Shown one piece after another: positions 18,478 to 28,875 of a stretch of DNA of 40,451 bases. The stretch is from a virus. Lineage: Duplodnaviria > Caudoviricetes. The translations under genes and the position numbers were made by a program. Where the stretch lies: positions 1 through 40,451 of IMG/VR virus record IMGVR_UViG_3300037195_000340, one strand, 5' to 3'. A model generated the notes under the pieces. It was not told the origin of the DNA. It did no database searches and was given only the letters and a program-made list of their open reading frames with translations. The stretch's first letter is position 1; each line of letters starts with the position of its first letter.

Positions 18478-19059
18478 TTACCCCCTTCTGTTCTTAAAAG
18501 CAACATTTCTTACTGCTTGAGCTTCGAATATGTTGATCTTTTCGTTATCAATATGTTCTTTGTCTAGTTCTGTTTTTGCTCTTTGGAAATCTGCTTGTAA
18601 ATCTCCCTTGATGCTTTGTTCACCAAAGTACTCGTTGTTGTACCTGATTCTACAAAGTGTCCTTAAGTATTCCCTAGCTGACTGTGGTAGCTGTTCAAAC
18701 GTCATCATTAAATATAAGTCTGCTGTGATAGGTCCTGTAATAAGGTTAGTTCTTTCTACTTTATCGTAAACTTCAGAACCTCTCAGGACGTACCTAGTGT
18801 CACTAGGTTCAAATTTTAATATATTAAAAGGAACATTAATAGTTCCTGTTACTTGATTAGTTGTCAATTCAACACCTCTTTCTGTATTAAACCAGAAACC
18901 TTCTGTTTGTAACCTACGTGACTCGGTGTTAATCATATCACGTATGATGTATACTGGTTGATATGTGTCGTCTAGTGATTGAACAGGAGCATCACCTGTA
19001 ACACTGAGTACACTGTTGACGACTTCTAGTTCAGAACTCAGTCCTATTGTTCTAGCCAT
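18478..19059 (-). CDS. Tail tubular protein A (gp11-like)
   Basis: ELEVVNSVLSVTGDAPVQSL and QTEGFWFNTE motifs. Confidence 0.93.
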   Translation of the reverse strand: MARTIGLSSELEVVNSVLSVTGDAPVQSLDDTYQPVYIIRDMINTESRRLQTEGFWFNTERGVELTTNQVTGTINVPFNILKFEPSDTRYVLRGSEVYDKVERTNLITGPITADLYLMMTFEQLPQSAREYLRTLCRIRYNNEYFGEQSIKGDLQADFQRAKTELDKEHIDNEKINIFEAQAVRNVAFKNRRG

Positions 19060-19072
19060 GTTAACCTCCTAG

Positions 19073-19103
19073 AAATAAAAAGGGGACAACCTAAGTTATC
19101 CCC
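19073..19103 (-). terminator. T-phi-like terminator after the major capsid gene
   Basis: GGGGAUAAC-UUAG-GUUGUCCCC-UUUUUAUUU. Confidence 0.88.
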
Positions 19104-19112
19104 GTGTTAATA

Positions 19113-20069
19113 TTATGGTGTTTCTTGCTTAATGTTAATTGCACAAGCGTGGTTAAGGATACCATATCCTACAGCCATCTTAGATGTAATTAGGTGAGCA
19201 AGACGGTTTGGTACATAGTCAACACGTGACTGAATACCGATAAGCTCTAGCATACCTACAGCTTCTTTTGCGAAAAGGATACCGCCTACTTCACCTGCTG
19301 CAATAGAAGCACCTGCTAGTGCAGGAAAATGTGGTGACTTAAGTACCTTTTTACCAAGTAGCATAGGTACCTTACCTGATTGAGCAAATGGATCATTTAC
19401 CCAAGTAAGACCTGTCTGTGCAGGGTTATTTAGTAATGAGTAGTACTGATTAGTGCGGAATAGGAAAACTGGTTCTCCTACTGCGTCTTTATCATCGTAC
19501 TCAGCAACTGCCTTAACAGCCGCAGAATATACACCTGACCCTGAAGTAAGGTCATCCTCAACATTACTAGTGAAGACATCATCAGTAAATGCTTTAAGAC
19601 CTGCTGTACCTGCTGACGTAGCGTCAGTAACATCACCTGCTTCGATTACTTTAGCAATTACATCAATATCTACTTTCTTAGACATTGCACGACCGATTGA
19701 CTCAGCTTGTGCTGATTGTGAATCATAATGTGCCATTGCTTTATCTAGGTCAGTAAGATAAGCATGAGATACAACCATATCATCAATTACGATTGTTCTC
19801 TCAGTTGCTGAGATATTTTGTACTGCTAGTTCAGAAGCATCGTTAGCAACTGATTGTGCTGTAGCATTACCAACAATAGGAAAGTTCTCTGCTTTACCTG
19901 AGTCAATAGACTTAGTAGTAATAAGAGCCTTAGCTACGTTAGTATCCATGAAATAACGAAGTACGTCCGTTGAAAATTTAGTTTGAAATAGTTCTCTATC
20001 AACTGCTTTGTTAGTAGGTAATGAACCATCACCTGTTGCGTTATTTGAACCAATTGGACTATATGCCAT
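19113..20069 (-). CDS. Major capsid protein (gp10-like)
   Basis: LFQTKFSTDV, SGKAENFPIVG, ERTIVIDD, KMAVGYGILNHACA motifs; followed by terminator. Confidence 0.95.
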   Translation of the reverse strand: MAYSPIGSNNATGDGSLPTNKAVDRELFQTKFSTDVLRYFMDTNVAKALITTKSIDSGKAENFPIVGNATAQSVANDASELAVQNISATERTIVIDDMVVSHAYLTDLDKAMAHYDSQSAQAESIGRAMSKKVDIDVIAKVIEAGDVTDATSAGTAGLKAFTDDVFTSNVEDDLTSGSGVYSAAVKAVAEYDDKDAVGEPVFLFRTNQYYSLLNNPAQTGLTWVNDPFAQSGKVPMLLGKKVLKSPHFPALAGASIAAGEVGGILFAKEAVGMLELIGIQSRVDYVPNRLAHLITSKMAVGYGILNHACAINIKQETP

Positions 20070-20084
20070 AATTTATCCTCCTTG

Positions 20085-20759
20085 TTAGAACCCTGAGATA
20101 TCCCTTTTCTGCTCTACCTGAGCACGATACTCTGGGTCTGATTTGTATTTAAAAGTACGAGTCTCATTAAGATACTCATGTACGTTACTAAAAGGTCTAC
20201 TAGACTCATTAGCTGTATTTCCAGACTCCACCATCCTAGATGGGTCTTTTCCATTAGCAGCAACGTATCTTGCCTGTAAACCTTGTACAGCGAGTTTAGC
20301 TTGTTCCATATCTCCTGAGAAAAGAGCTTTATTAAAAGCTTCTTTTTGTGACTCATTGAGATTAACCTTCGCCCACTCTTGTACCTCCAAGTAAGCCTCT
20401 TTTCCACCTACTGTATTATAAACTTCATTAGTATCTCTCTCTTGAATAACTCTTTTACCTTCGGCAATAAGTTCAAGATGTTGTCCTAATCCGTTTTCAT
20501 CAATAAGCTTCTGAGTTTCCTCAGAGATTTCTCCTGTCAAATATTCAGAAACAATATCATCAATAGTCGGTGTCGATTGTTCAGGTGTCTCACTTCCTTC
20601 ACTATCTTCAATTCCTAAATCAGAAGACACTTCTGCATTTTGTGGGGTAGTATCTTCTTGTACTTCAGCTTGAGAGGCTGTTTCCTGAGTTTCTACCTGT
20701 GCATCTGGTGTTGTTTCTACTGTATTTTCTGAAGAATTTTGTTCTGCTGTATCTGTCAT
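20085..20759 (-). CDS. Capsid scaffolding protein (gp9-like)
   Basis: Acidic N-terminus, VGGKEAYLEVQEWAKVNL, YKSDPEYRAQVEQK. Confidence 0.93.
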   Translation of the reverse strand: MTDTAEQNSSENTVETTPDAQVETQETASQAEVQEDTTPQNAEVSSDLGIEDSEGSETPEQSTPTIDDIVSEYLTGEISEETQKLIDENGLGQHLELIAEGKRVIQERDTNEVYNTVGGKEAYLEVQEWAKVNLNESQKEAFNKALFSGDMEQAKLAVQGLQARYVAANGKDPSRMVESGNTANESSRPFSNVHEYLNETRTFKYKSDPEYRAQVEQKRDISGF

Positions 20760-20764
20760 TTTTA

Positions 20765-22297
20765 TTATCCTTGTTCCTTAGCTAACTGTTGTTGACTTGC
20801 GGCATTAATCGCAGGTCCAACAGCTTGTTGTTGTAACTGTTGTTGTTGTTCTATTTGTTGCTGTGCTTGTAGTTCTTCTTCTGTCCTTACAAGACCTGCT
20901 GTATTAACATCTAAGGCATAACCACCACGTTGTAAAGTTTCTGATACATTTAAGTAATCATAGACTCTTTCACCTAGTAATTCTCTTGCCATATTAACAA
21001 ACCTACTTAATGCTTCAAACTCTGTACCTCTACCTAGAGCTGCTGAACCTGTAGTAATCTGTAAGTCTACATTATTTTTAACAACGTCTTGGATTGTACC
21101 TTTCTTAGTTAGTCTCTTAAGATATAGACGTACTAAAGGTTCCTGAAGATGATTAGCTAATGTTGCATAGATACCACCAAACGCTGTTTCTAGTTCTTGT
21201 GATACCCTTCTAATCTCCTCTGCTGTTACTCTTTCTGCATCTCTCCTTACTGCTGAATCCAGTAAGAATAAAGTAGATAGGTCACGCTTAAGTTCCTCTG
21301 CTGCCTTCTGGGTAACACTTAGGTCCAACGATTTGTTAGCCTGTAGAGTACCTACGTCGTCAATATCACCCTTAAGTACTTCACCTGAATTAGCTGTCTG
21401 TAGTTTCTTAGGTGTTAATGTAGCATTCTGTTTAATTAAATATATAATGCGTGCTGATTCTGCTGAACCTTCTAATATAGCTTTAGATAACCCTTCGTAA
21501 GATTGAATATCACCTATGAAATCCTCGATGTAACTACGTGCATAATCTTCACCTCGGTCAACAAAAGGTACAAATATAAAAGGGACTTCCTTCTCTTTGT
21601 ATACCCCTTCACTTCCTTTGATCTTAACACCCTTTACTTCTTGGATTGTATCATAGTCACCTTTTTCATTTCTAATTACTGCTGTGAAAATCTCTAATAA
21701 TTTCTTTCCTGTTTTCTCATCTTCAGAAACTTCAGGAATGCTTGATTGTACATCAGCAGGTAATTCAGAAAATGCTAGTTGTTCACGTACTACTAGTTGT
21801 AACATCTTACCAGACTTACTTCTACGAATACCAAAATTAAATAAACTGTATACTTTAGGGTGATCTTCATTTGGTATATATAATACCGACGAACCACCTA
21901 CAATACATTGTTTAATTACTTCAACTAACTTACTACGTAGTTGAGATACTTCCATTTCATCTACTAATGATTTCTCAATGACCTGCATAGCTTTAGTCAT
22001 GTCACCATCAGTAACCCCATTACCTTCCTTAACTGCTTGGTTAGCATCTAATTTAAAGAATGCTGTAGCAGGAGGGAATAAACTTAGAATAATTTTATTT
22101 GCTAAGTTGTTTACACCCCGTGCCCCTAGGGATTGATAAGGTGTAGGAAATGTTGTACTTGAAGTATCCTCAATTCTAGGAAACAGTTGAGGTACTGTGA
22201 TCTCACTTGCTTCCTTAGCTCTATTTAAAAAGTTATCTCTATTTACAATTAGACGTTCATACAGTTTTTTAAGTTGGACTTGATTGATATCTTCCAT
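20765..22297 (-). CDS. Portal / head-tail connector (gp8-like)
   Basis: PYQSLGARGVNNLANK, GEDYARSYIED, RDAERVTAEEIR. Confidence 0.97.
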   Translation of the reverse strand: MEDINQVQLKKLYERLIVNRDNFLNRAKEASEITVPQLFPRIEDTSSTTFPTPYQSLGARGVNNLANKIILSLFPPATAFFKLDANQAVKEGNGVTDGDMTKAMQVIEKSLVDEMEVSQLRSKLVEVIKQCIVGGSSVLYIPNEDHPKVYSLFNFGIRRSKSGKMLQLVVREQLAFSELPADVQSSIPEVSEDEKTGKKLLEIFTAVIRNEKGDYDTIQEVKGVKIKGSEGVYKEKEVPFIFVPFVDRGEDYARSYIEDFIGDIQSYEGLSKAILEGSAESARIIYLIKQNATLTPKKLQTANSGEVLKGDIDDVGTLQANKSLDLSVTQKAAEELKRDLSTLFLLDSAVRRDAERVTAEEIRRVSQELETAFGGIYATLANHLQEPLVRLYLKRLTKKGTIQDVVKNNVDLQITTGSAALGRGTEFEALSRFVNMARELLGERVYDYLNVSETLQRGGYALDVNTAGLVRTEEELQAQQQIEQQQQLQQQAVGPAINAASQQQLAKEQG

Positions 22298-22590
22298 TAT
22301 AACTGTACTCCTGTTTTACGTTTTTTATTGGATATACCTCCTAGTCCTAAGTCTGAACTCAGAGTAGTCACAGGTTTTTTAGACTCTGTTGACTTAGTTT
22401 CTTCTTCTTGAGTTTCTTTCTCAGCACCTAATTGTATATTAGCTGTCTCAGCTCCTTTCTTTGCTTTCTTCTCAGCTAAAGCTATTTCAGCTTCTCTACG
22501 TGCTCTTTCGGCTTCTTCTCTAGCTCTCTTTCTTTGCTCTCTTAAAGCTTTCTCTTGAGGGCTAGTACCGATACCTAGGAATCCTCCCAT
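22297..22590 (-). CDS. Small virion protein (gp7.3-like position)
   Basis: MGGFLG start, charged composition, directly upstream of portal. Confidence 0.55.
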   Translation of the reverse strand: MGGFLGIGTSPQEKALREQRKRAREEAERARREAEIALAEKKAKKGAETANIQLGAEKETQEEETKSTESKKPVTTLSSDLGLGGISNKKRKTGVQL

Positions 22591-22598
22591 ATTACCTC

Positions 22599-22838
22599 CT
22601 ATAGATAAACGAAGGACGGTCTGCTCCTTTTACGCTTATCAGCTTTTTCATTTTGTTCATTTATAAATTTATCTGCCTCTGCTTCACTCTTAAACTCTCG
22701 TATATAAGCATAATCAATCATGAGTTTTACTTTCTTACTCTTTTTCTTTTTCTTATATACTTTCGTCTTACTTTTTACCTCGTCTTCAACGTGCTTCTTA
22801 CCGTATTTTCTCTCACGTTTACTCGTTGCTTTTTTCAT
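22599..22838 (-). CDS. Lys-rich hypothetical protein
   Basis: ORF; likely start at MKKATSKR. Confidence 0.55.
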   Translation of the reverse strand: MKKATSKRERKYGKKHVEDEVKSKTKVYKKKKKSKKVKLMIDYAYIREFKSEAEADKFINEQNEKADKRKRSRPSFVYL

Positions 22839-22998
22839 TCTCTGTCCTTGTATGTAATTCAGGATATAGTTCAGTGAAACAGTCTTCACAGTATCTCTCT
22901 AGGTGTTTCCTAGTTGGTTTTAAGTTCAACCTGTTTCTACCATATTCACTTAGTTCACTTAGTGTCTCCGTCTTCTTCCCACATTTGTAACATTTCAT
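22819..22998 (-). CDS. 59-aa zinc-finger-like protein (not in the ORF track)
   Basis: MKCYKCGKK...RYCEDCFTE with two CxxC motifs; AGGAG RBS; overlaps neighbouring genes. Confidence 0.6.
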   Translation of the reverse strand: MKCYKCGKKTETLSELSEYGRNRLNLKPTRKHLERYCEDCFTELYPELHTRTENEKSNE

Positions 22999-23776
22999 CC
23001 GTAACTCCTAATAGTTTATAAGGATTGTATGTACCCATATCATTAATAAGCCTGATATAGTCATCAGCATGTAGTATACGAGCCTGTCCTATCTGTTCCA
23101 GTAACATCTCCTTAGCTTTATCTTTGTATCTCTTAAAGTAAAGTTTATGTACTGCTTCTAATAGTTCCAGTTCTGTATTACAAGGTACCACAACACGTTT
23201 AGATTTAATCTTTCCGTATCTAGGTAAACCTTTGTATCCATCAACTGCATCCCCAGTTAAAACCTGCTCGTATAAAAACCTAAGGGATTGTATCTCTGTA
23301 GGTCTGATAAACTTATTCTTTTTAAAATCCCATTGATTACAAGGTATAGTATACATATCTTTATCTTGTGAATATATATGTATGTTATCTGGGTCAATAG
23401 AACCAAAGTAACCCATAACATCATCTGCTTCACAGTTAGGGAAGAATAACGTTTCATACTTTTCTTTATGTTCAAAGCAATGTTCTCTAAGAGCTTTTAG
23501 TCCTAGAGGTTTTCTCACATGTTTTCTATTGCCCTTATATGTTGGGAAAAATGTTTTCCTGAAATTAGAATCTGATGATAAACAGAAGACCATGTGTTCC
23601 CTAGGGAAACCTGTTTTCTTAGCAATGTTATCCAGTTCACTTTCGAGTAATCTAAGTGCTGATTCCATGTCGTATGATTCCATCTGTTCATCGCCAAAGT
23701 CTGTAATATCTTCAGTAACTCTACCTATTTGAAAGAGAACAATATCCCCATCAATTAATAATGTAGCTTTACTCAT
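22955..23776 (-). CDS. 5'-3' exonuclease (gp6-like)
   Basis: LLIDGD, NFRK..PTYKGNR, EADDVMG, SQDKD, GDAVDGYKGLP. Confidence 0.95.
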   Translation of the reverse strand: MSKATLLIDGDIVLFQIGRVTEDITDFGDEQMESYDMESALRLLESELDNIAKKTGFPREHMVFCLSSDSNFRKTFFPTYKGNRKHVRKPLGLKALREHCFEHKEKYETLFFPNCEADDVMGYFGSIDPDNIHIYSQDKDMYTIPCNQWDFKKNKFIRPTEIQSLRFLYEQVLTGDAVDGYKGLPRYGKIKSKRVVVPCNTELELLEAVHKLYFKRYKDKAKEMLLEQIGQARILHADDYIRLINDMGTYNPYKLLGVTDEMLQMWEEDGDTK

Positions 23777-23877
23777 ATGTGACTCCTTATAGTCCTAGTA
23801 ATTTATCTATTAGACCTTTTCTTTTCTTTTTCTTATTTTTCTTCTTTTTCTTATTTTTACCACCCCAGTTGATCTTC

Positions 23878-24441
23878 TCAGCTAGGGAGCCTTTCTTGTT
23901 TCCTGCCATCTGCATCCTCCTTGTTACGTTTTGTTAAATAATCTTGAATACAGTATAATGCGTTTTCAAGAGTACGCTGTATACCTCCTCTATTATCTAC
24001 ATAGTAATCAAAAGGGAAGCTATCCAGTGCTGTTTCTGTTTTATTGTTTACGTTATGGTCTACGTTTGGTCCTCGTTGTTCTCCAGTAATTCTCATAAGA
24101 ATACCATTCTTCTTGAACCACTCTGCTTCATTCTGGAACCTTACGTCGTCACAGATTATAACCTGTGCCTCTGAGTTAAACATAGCTTCAACTGCTTTGT
24201 CTAACCAGAAGTTAGAACATCTACCACGTCCCCACATACCTAAAGCAATGAGAAGGTCTCTATCTTTCTCACCTACCATCTTCATGTTTAGGTGTTCATA
24301 AATGAGATTCTGTGTATCTTTAATAGGTTTAGCTAAAGATACTACTTCGCAAGGAGTAGGTGTCTCTCTGATTATACCCTGAGTTAAAGTACTTTTACCT
24401 GAACCCATTTTTCCTGATATTCCGATATATAGTTTTCTCAT
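23878..24441 (-). CDS. Deoxynucleoside monophosphate kinase-like P-loop protein
   Basis: IGISGKMGSGKST, DDVRFQNEA, ETALD. Confidence 0.85.
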   Translation of the reverse strand: MRKLYIGISGKMGSGKSTLTQGIIRETPTPCEVVSLAKPIKDTQNLIYEHLNMKMVGEKDRDLLIALGMWGRGRCSNFWLDKAVEAMFNSEAQVIICDDVRFQNEAEWFKKNGILMRITGEQRGPNVDHNVNNKTETALDSFPFDYYVDNRGGIQRTLENALYCIQDYLTKRNKEDADGRKQERLPS

Positions 24442-24444
24442 TGT

Positions 24445-24738
24445 CTATCCTCTGTATCCGTTTACTAATTCTGTAATAATATCTAAGTATCTTTTAGTGT
24501 CTCTTAATTGTTGTTCAGTGTTTTCAATGCGTATTTCAGCTAGTTCTTTACCTACATAATCTATACTTTCTTTTGAGTGTAAGAAATTAGGAATAATTAA
24601 ACTAGGATGTACCACAGCTCCTAAATTTGTAGAAACCCATTTACCTGTACTATCCATTACTTCTTTAGTTTCCTTATTAATAACATATATAAAAGTACTA
24701 TAGCTAGGCATATCATTTACTATTCTAACAGTAATCAT
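24445..24738 (-). CDS. Hypothetical protein
   Basis: ORF translationally coupled within the operon. Confidence 0.6.
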   Translation of the reverse strand: MITVRIVNDMPSYSTFIYVINKETKEVMDSTGKWVSTNLGAVVHPSLIIPNFLHSKESIDYVGKELAEIRIENTEQQLRDTKRYLDIITELVNGYRG

Positions 24739-24986
24739 TTCTTACTCCTACGTTTAATCTCAGCATTAAATTCATCAAACCATTTCATTTCATTTTTCTT
24801 ACTTAATTGTATTCTCTCACATATCTCAGTAAGATTTTGTCCTTGTTGTATATATGCCCGTCTAGCTGTATCTTTAATATCTCGATAAGCTGTAAGGGAG
24901 TAAACCCCCTGTAGGACTTTCTTATGTCCATTAGGGAGCACCTCGCATAATCTTATATGTTTAATTACTGGAATCATTTTCTTCAT
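24735..24986 (-). CDS. Hypothetical protein
   Basis: ORF with AGGAG RBS after the DNA polymerase gene. Confidence 0.6.
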   Translation of the reverse strand: MKKMIPVIKHIRLCEVLPNGHKKVLQGVYSLTAYRDIKDTARRAYIQQGQNLTEICERIQLSKKNEMKWFDEFNAEIKRRSKK

Positions 24987-24994
24987 TCAATCTC

Positions 24995-26833
24995 CTAGTG
25001 AGTGTCGGCATAACTATTACCTACATCCCAATCAGTATCAAGTTGAATCTTAACATCATAGAAATCTTTAACTTTATTCATAGCTATCTTAGAGATTTCA
25101 CCTAATTCTTCTCCTGTAACTTCTTTAGGATTAAAAGCTAGCTGTACCTCATCATGTACCCATGCCATCTGTTTAACATGTTCTGTTAAGTTTCTTTCTT
25201 TAATAATTCTGTGTATCTCTACCATCCACCTTTTACATACAATAGCTCCTGCACCTTGTAGTAAAAAGTTTAAAGCCGAGTGAGTGGAGCGTACTGGTAT
25301 CTTTCTACCATCCAGTCCTTTGATGTATCCTCTTTCTGATGCTCCTTCAACTGCTTCTCTAAGTTGCTTAATTGCAGGGATAGCTTTGTAAAACTTCTCT
25401 TTAAGTCTTCCACCATCTTTGGAGTTACCACCAACGATACTTCCGATTTTTCCATTTCCTGCTCCATATAGGAACGCATAGATGAAAGTCTTTGCATCGT
25501 TTCGCGTAGGGAGTTCTGCTGCTTCTTGATTAGCTGTATGTATGTCTCCTTCAAGAATAATTTTTCCGTATTCTCCATTGTCCCACCTTGTCATATAGTG
25601 TGCTAACATTCTAAGTTCAAGTCCACTAGCATCTGTACCAAAGAGTTTCCACCCTCTTTTGTGAGGAATGAAAAGTTCTCTACATTCTTTACCATATGGT
25701 GAACGTACTGAAGGAATCTGTGCTAAATTAGGTTTACTGTGTGTTGCCCTGCTTGTCGCAGCACCTAGAGTATTTACTCTACCATGAATAACTAAGCTAT
25801 CCATATCTACTAATTTAAGCCAAGCGTTTCTACCTTCACTAAGCATACCTAGTCTTTTCTGTATTGTAAAAAGTTTAGCAATCGTTTTAAATATAGGTTT
25901 ATCTTCTTTAATCAGAATTTCTTCTGACATAGTTGGATAACCATCATCACCAAACACTTTTGGTTTCCATCCTAACCTTTCTATTAATCTAGTAGATAGA
26001 TGTACTCTTGATGTCGGATTAAAGTCCTTAATCTCAAGTTTAGTGTATGGACATCCTGCCATGACATTACCTCTACTAACGTCCTTATATCTTATAGTAC
26101 GTTTAGGAACCTTGACTTCCTTTCCTTTAATGAAAGGACCACCAAGTTTAGATTTAATAATCTCTTGTAATTCATGTTGTTTTTCTTGTAATTGTTTTTC
26201 TAGTTTAATAGCTTTGTCGTAGTCAAAACCAAAACCTGTATTTGTTTGTTCTAAGCAAACCTGTTGTGCTTCATGTTCAGTCTCTAATATTTTCTCGTCT
26301 ATATTTTTAGTTAGTAGTTTGTGATATAGTTTAGTATTTACCTCTACGTCACGTACACAATACTCAAGCATATCTTCTGAGAACTTCTCAAAACCTACTT
26401 CTTTTCCAAAAGAACCCTTATGAAGACCTAGGCGTAACCCCCATGCCTCTAGGGACTGTTTACCAATATTGGCTAACTTCTGTGTCTCTAGGGATGTCCT
26501 GAGTTGTCTAGGTGTTTTAATTATCTTACTGTATCTTCTAAAGTCAATATCTTTAATATCTGGATAAGCTATCTTAGCCATTAATAAAGTATCTGTTAAC
26601 TTAGCATCTGTAGTCCACTTAGGATACAGTTTCTTAATCGCTCTAATATCATAATCAAGAATATTATGTCCGATAAGTTCATCAGCATCTTTAAGGAATT
26701 TTAAGCCTTTCTTTATTTCATCTGGTCTAAACTTAAATATCTTTCCTGACTCGTAGTCTTGAGCAACTATACAATGTATTACTGTTACATCTTGTAAGTA
26801 GTTGTCTCCTTCTATATCAAATATTAATCTCAT
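24995..26833 (-). CDS. DNA polymerase family A (T7 gp5-like)
   Basis: FDIEGD exonuclease motif, DASGLELRMLAHY motif A, RNDAKTFIYAFLYGAG motif B, VHDEVQ motif C. Confidence 0.98.
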   Translation of the reverse strand: MRLIFDIEGDNYLQDVTVIHCIVAQDYESGKIFKFRPDEIKKGLKFLKDADELIGHNILDYDIRAIKKLYPKWTTDAKLTDTLLMAKIAYPDIKDIDFRRYSKIIKTPRQLRTSLETQKLANIGKQSLEAWGLRLGLHKGSFGKEVGFEKFSEDMLEYCVRDVEVNTKLYHKLLTKNIDEKILETEHEAQQVCLEQTNTGFGFDYDKAIKLEKQLQEKQHELQEIIKSKLGGPFIKGKEVKVPKRTIRYKDVSRGNVMAGCPYTKLEIKDFNPTSRVHLSTRLIERLGWKPKVFGDDGYPTMSEEILIKEDKPIFKTIAKLFTIQKRLGMLSEGRNAWLKLVDMDSLVIHGRVNTLGAATSRATHSKPNLAQIPSVRSPYGKECRELFIPHKRGWKLFGTDASGLELRMLAHYMTRWDNGEYGKIILEGDIHTANQEAAELPTRNDAKTFIYAFLYGAGNGKIGSIVGGNSKDGGRLKEKFYKAIPAIKQLREAVEGASERGYIKGLDGRKIPVRSTHSALNFLLQGAGAIVCKRWMVEIHRIIKERNLTEHVKQMAWVHDEVQLAFNPKEVTGEELGEISKIAMNKVKDFYDVKIQLDTDWDVGNSYADTH

Positions 26834-26864
26834 TTTTACCTCTTTTCTTACGCTAGGTTATAGC

Positions 26865-27239
26865 TCACTTTTTCTTTTTATACGTCTTAGTAATATACTT
26901 AATAGCATTCTTTAGAAGAACCCTACTATCTTTAAAATGTCCTAATCCTGTATTACAAGTACCACATAATAAACCTCGTACATGCCCGTTGTCATGGTTA
27001 TGATCTATGTGTGCTTTTTGTTTTGCTTTGAAACCAAGTTCATGTACATCAACACTTACGTCACAGATTGCACATCTACCTGATTGTTTTCTGTACATTT
27101 CTACTACTTCAGAAGAAGTAATACCGTAGCGTCTACGTAACTTACTAGCACGTTCAGCACACTTAGCACTACAGTATTCTCTTCGTTTTTCAAAATATTC
27201 AGAGCATACAGGACATTTCTTCTTTTTCTTAGAAGCCAT
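26865..27239 (-). CDS. Endonuclease VII-family (His-Me) nuclease
   Basis: YGIT...QSGRCAIC...HIDHNHDNGHVRGLLCGTCNTGLG. Confidence 0.9.
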   Translation of the reverse strand: MASKKKKKCPVCSEYFEKRREYCSAKCAERASKLRRRYGITSSEVVEMYRKQSGRCAICDVSVDVHELGFKAKQKAHIDHNHDNGHVRGLLCGTCNTGLGHFKDSRVLLKNAIKYITKTYKKKK

Positions 27240-28875
27240 GGTCCTCCTCTACTTTCTCTTTAGTATTAGGTTTTTCACCTTTCTCTAGCTTACCTGTGAA
27301 ACCATTATAGAATAAATAATCAGCAGGTCCTGTCATTCCTGTGTACCTACATTTAAGTACTGAGAACAACGAGGTGTTCCTTTCTGTCTCATCATCTGCC
27401 TGTTGGTTCCTACTAAAAGCATAAATACTATTAGCGAGTTGTTTGATACCTCCTGAACCTCTTAGGTTATTAACGGTAGGAATACCTCCGTTTTCAAAAG
27501 GAGTCATCGTGTTATTATTTAAGTGTACTACGAGTCCTATGTAACAACCCAGTTCAATAGTTAATGACTTGAGTTCGTGCATAATTTTATCAATAGTACG
27601 TCTTTCATCACCATCATTACCCATTCCTGAAACAAGAATAGATAAGTGATCTAACCAAATAATCTTACAGTCTAATCCTTTAACCATAAAGCGAATCTTG
27701 TTATATAGGTCCTCGCTTTCCATAGAACCAAAAGAGTCATATAGAGCAAACCTAGAGTTACCTTCGTCATCTACTGCTTCAAAGATTTCCTTAGCTTTAG
27801 TCATGTATGATTCTTTATCTATATCATCTCTTAACTGTAAACGAGTTTCCATTGAGATACCAACTAAGTCTTTAGCTGTGTGTTCCAACGGTTCCTCTAA
27901 GTGTATAAGAGCTTGATTAAAGTTTGTTGTTTTATAATAATGATATTGTAATTGTTTTAGTAATGTTGTCTTACCTGAACCTGTACCTGATGTATAGACA
28001 TCTAGTTCAGATAATCTAATACCCTTAGTTTTCTCATTTGTTATTTCCATAAAGTCTGGAAAAGGGAATGATTCTGCTTGTGTTTCATTAGATAATCTTT
28101 CTAAGATTGATGTACCTGATAAGATACCATCTGGTGTATAAGGTTTAGCACTCATTAGTGCTTGACTTAATTCAGATGCTCTACCTTCTTTCAGCATGTC
28201 ATTAGCATCCTTAAGAGGTAACGTAACAATCTTAACAAACTTAGGAGGAAATAAAGCTGACACTTCTCTTGCCGCCTGTTTTCCTACATCGTCGTTGTCA
28301 AAGCATAATCTAATTTCTTTAAACCCTAGTAAGAACTCCATATTCTTTTTAATATCTTTCTTAGCTGCTGCTGCACCATTCGGTACTGACACAACAGGAA
28401 ATTTATTATTCTGTAACTGAGAGATACTCATAGCATCAATCTCACCTTCAGTAATTGTAATACTAAGTTTCTTATTAGGTTTCCAGAGTTGTTGACCAAA
28501 TAACGTAGCTTCTCTAGCGTTACCTTTCCAAGCAAATTCTTTCCCTCTCTTTCTATACTTCTCAGCAACTATGTTACCTTCAGTATCAAAGTAATAAGTA
28601 CAATGTTTTTTATCTACTACACCATACTTAAACTTTTCTAATGTTGATTTATTAATACCTCTAATTGAATCAGGTATTAGAATATGAGAAGGTTCATACC
28701 CAGTACTTTTGAGTACTCTATCAGTACTAAACGAACCAGTATTGTTAAAACTAGTATGGCTACAGCTGAAACAATGAGTATTGCCATTAGAGTAAACAGC
28801 ATTTGCATCAGAACTTCCACACTTCTCACAATTTGTTTTATGTAAATATTCAGCTTCTTCATTCTTCATACCCAT
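27229..28875 (-). CDS. Primase-helicase (gp4-like)
   Basis: CEKCGSSDA..HCFSC zinc finger, TEGEIDAMS Toprim, SGTGSGKTT Walker A, LDHLSI, LRGSGGIKQL. Confidence 0.98.
   Translation of the reverse strand: MGMKNEEAEYLHKTNCEKCGSSDANAVYSNGNTHCFSCSHTSFNNTGSFSTDRVLKSTGYEPSHILIPDSIRGINKSTLEKFKYGVVDKKHCTYYFDTEGNIVAEKYRKRGKEFAWKGNAREATLFGQQLWKPNKKLSITITEGEIDAMSISQLQNNKFPVVSVPNGAAAAKKDIKKNMEFLLGFKEIRLCFDNDDVGKQAAREVSALFPPKFVKIVTLPLKDANDMLKEGRASELSQALMSAKPYTPDGILSGTSILERLSNETQAESFPFPDFMEITNEKTKGIRLSELDVYTSGTGSGKTTLLKQLQYHYYKTTNFNQALIHLEEPLEHTAKDLVGISMETRLQLRDDIDKESYMTKAKEIFEAVDDEGNSRFALYDSFGSMESEDLYNKIRFMVKGLDCKIIWLDHLSILVSGMGNDGDERRTIDKIMHELKSLTIELGCYIGLVVHLNNNTMTPFENGGIPTVNNLRGSGGIKQLANSIYAFSRNQQADDETERNTSLFSVLKCRYTGMTGPADYLFYNGFTGKLEKGEKPNTKEKVEEDHGF

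Noticed and set aside
19073-19130. T7 10A/10B-type capsid frameshift extension
   Set aside because: The stop is followed at once by a terminator and the next gene, leaving no room for an extension
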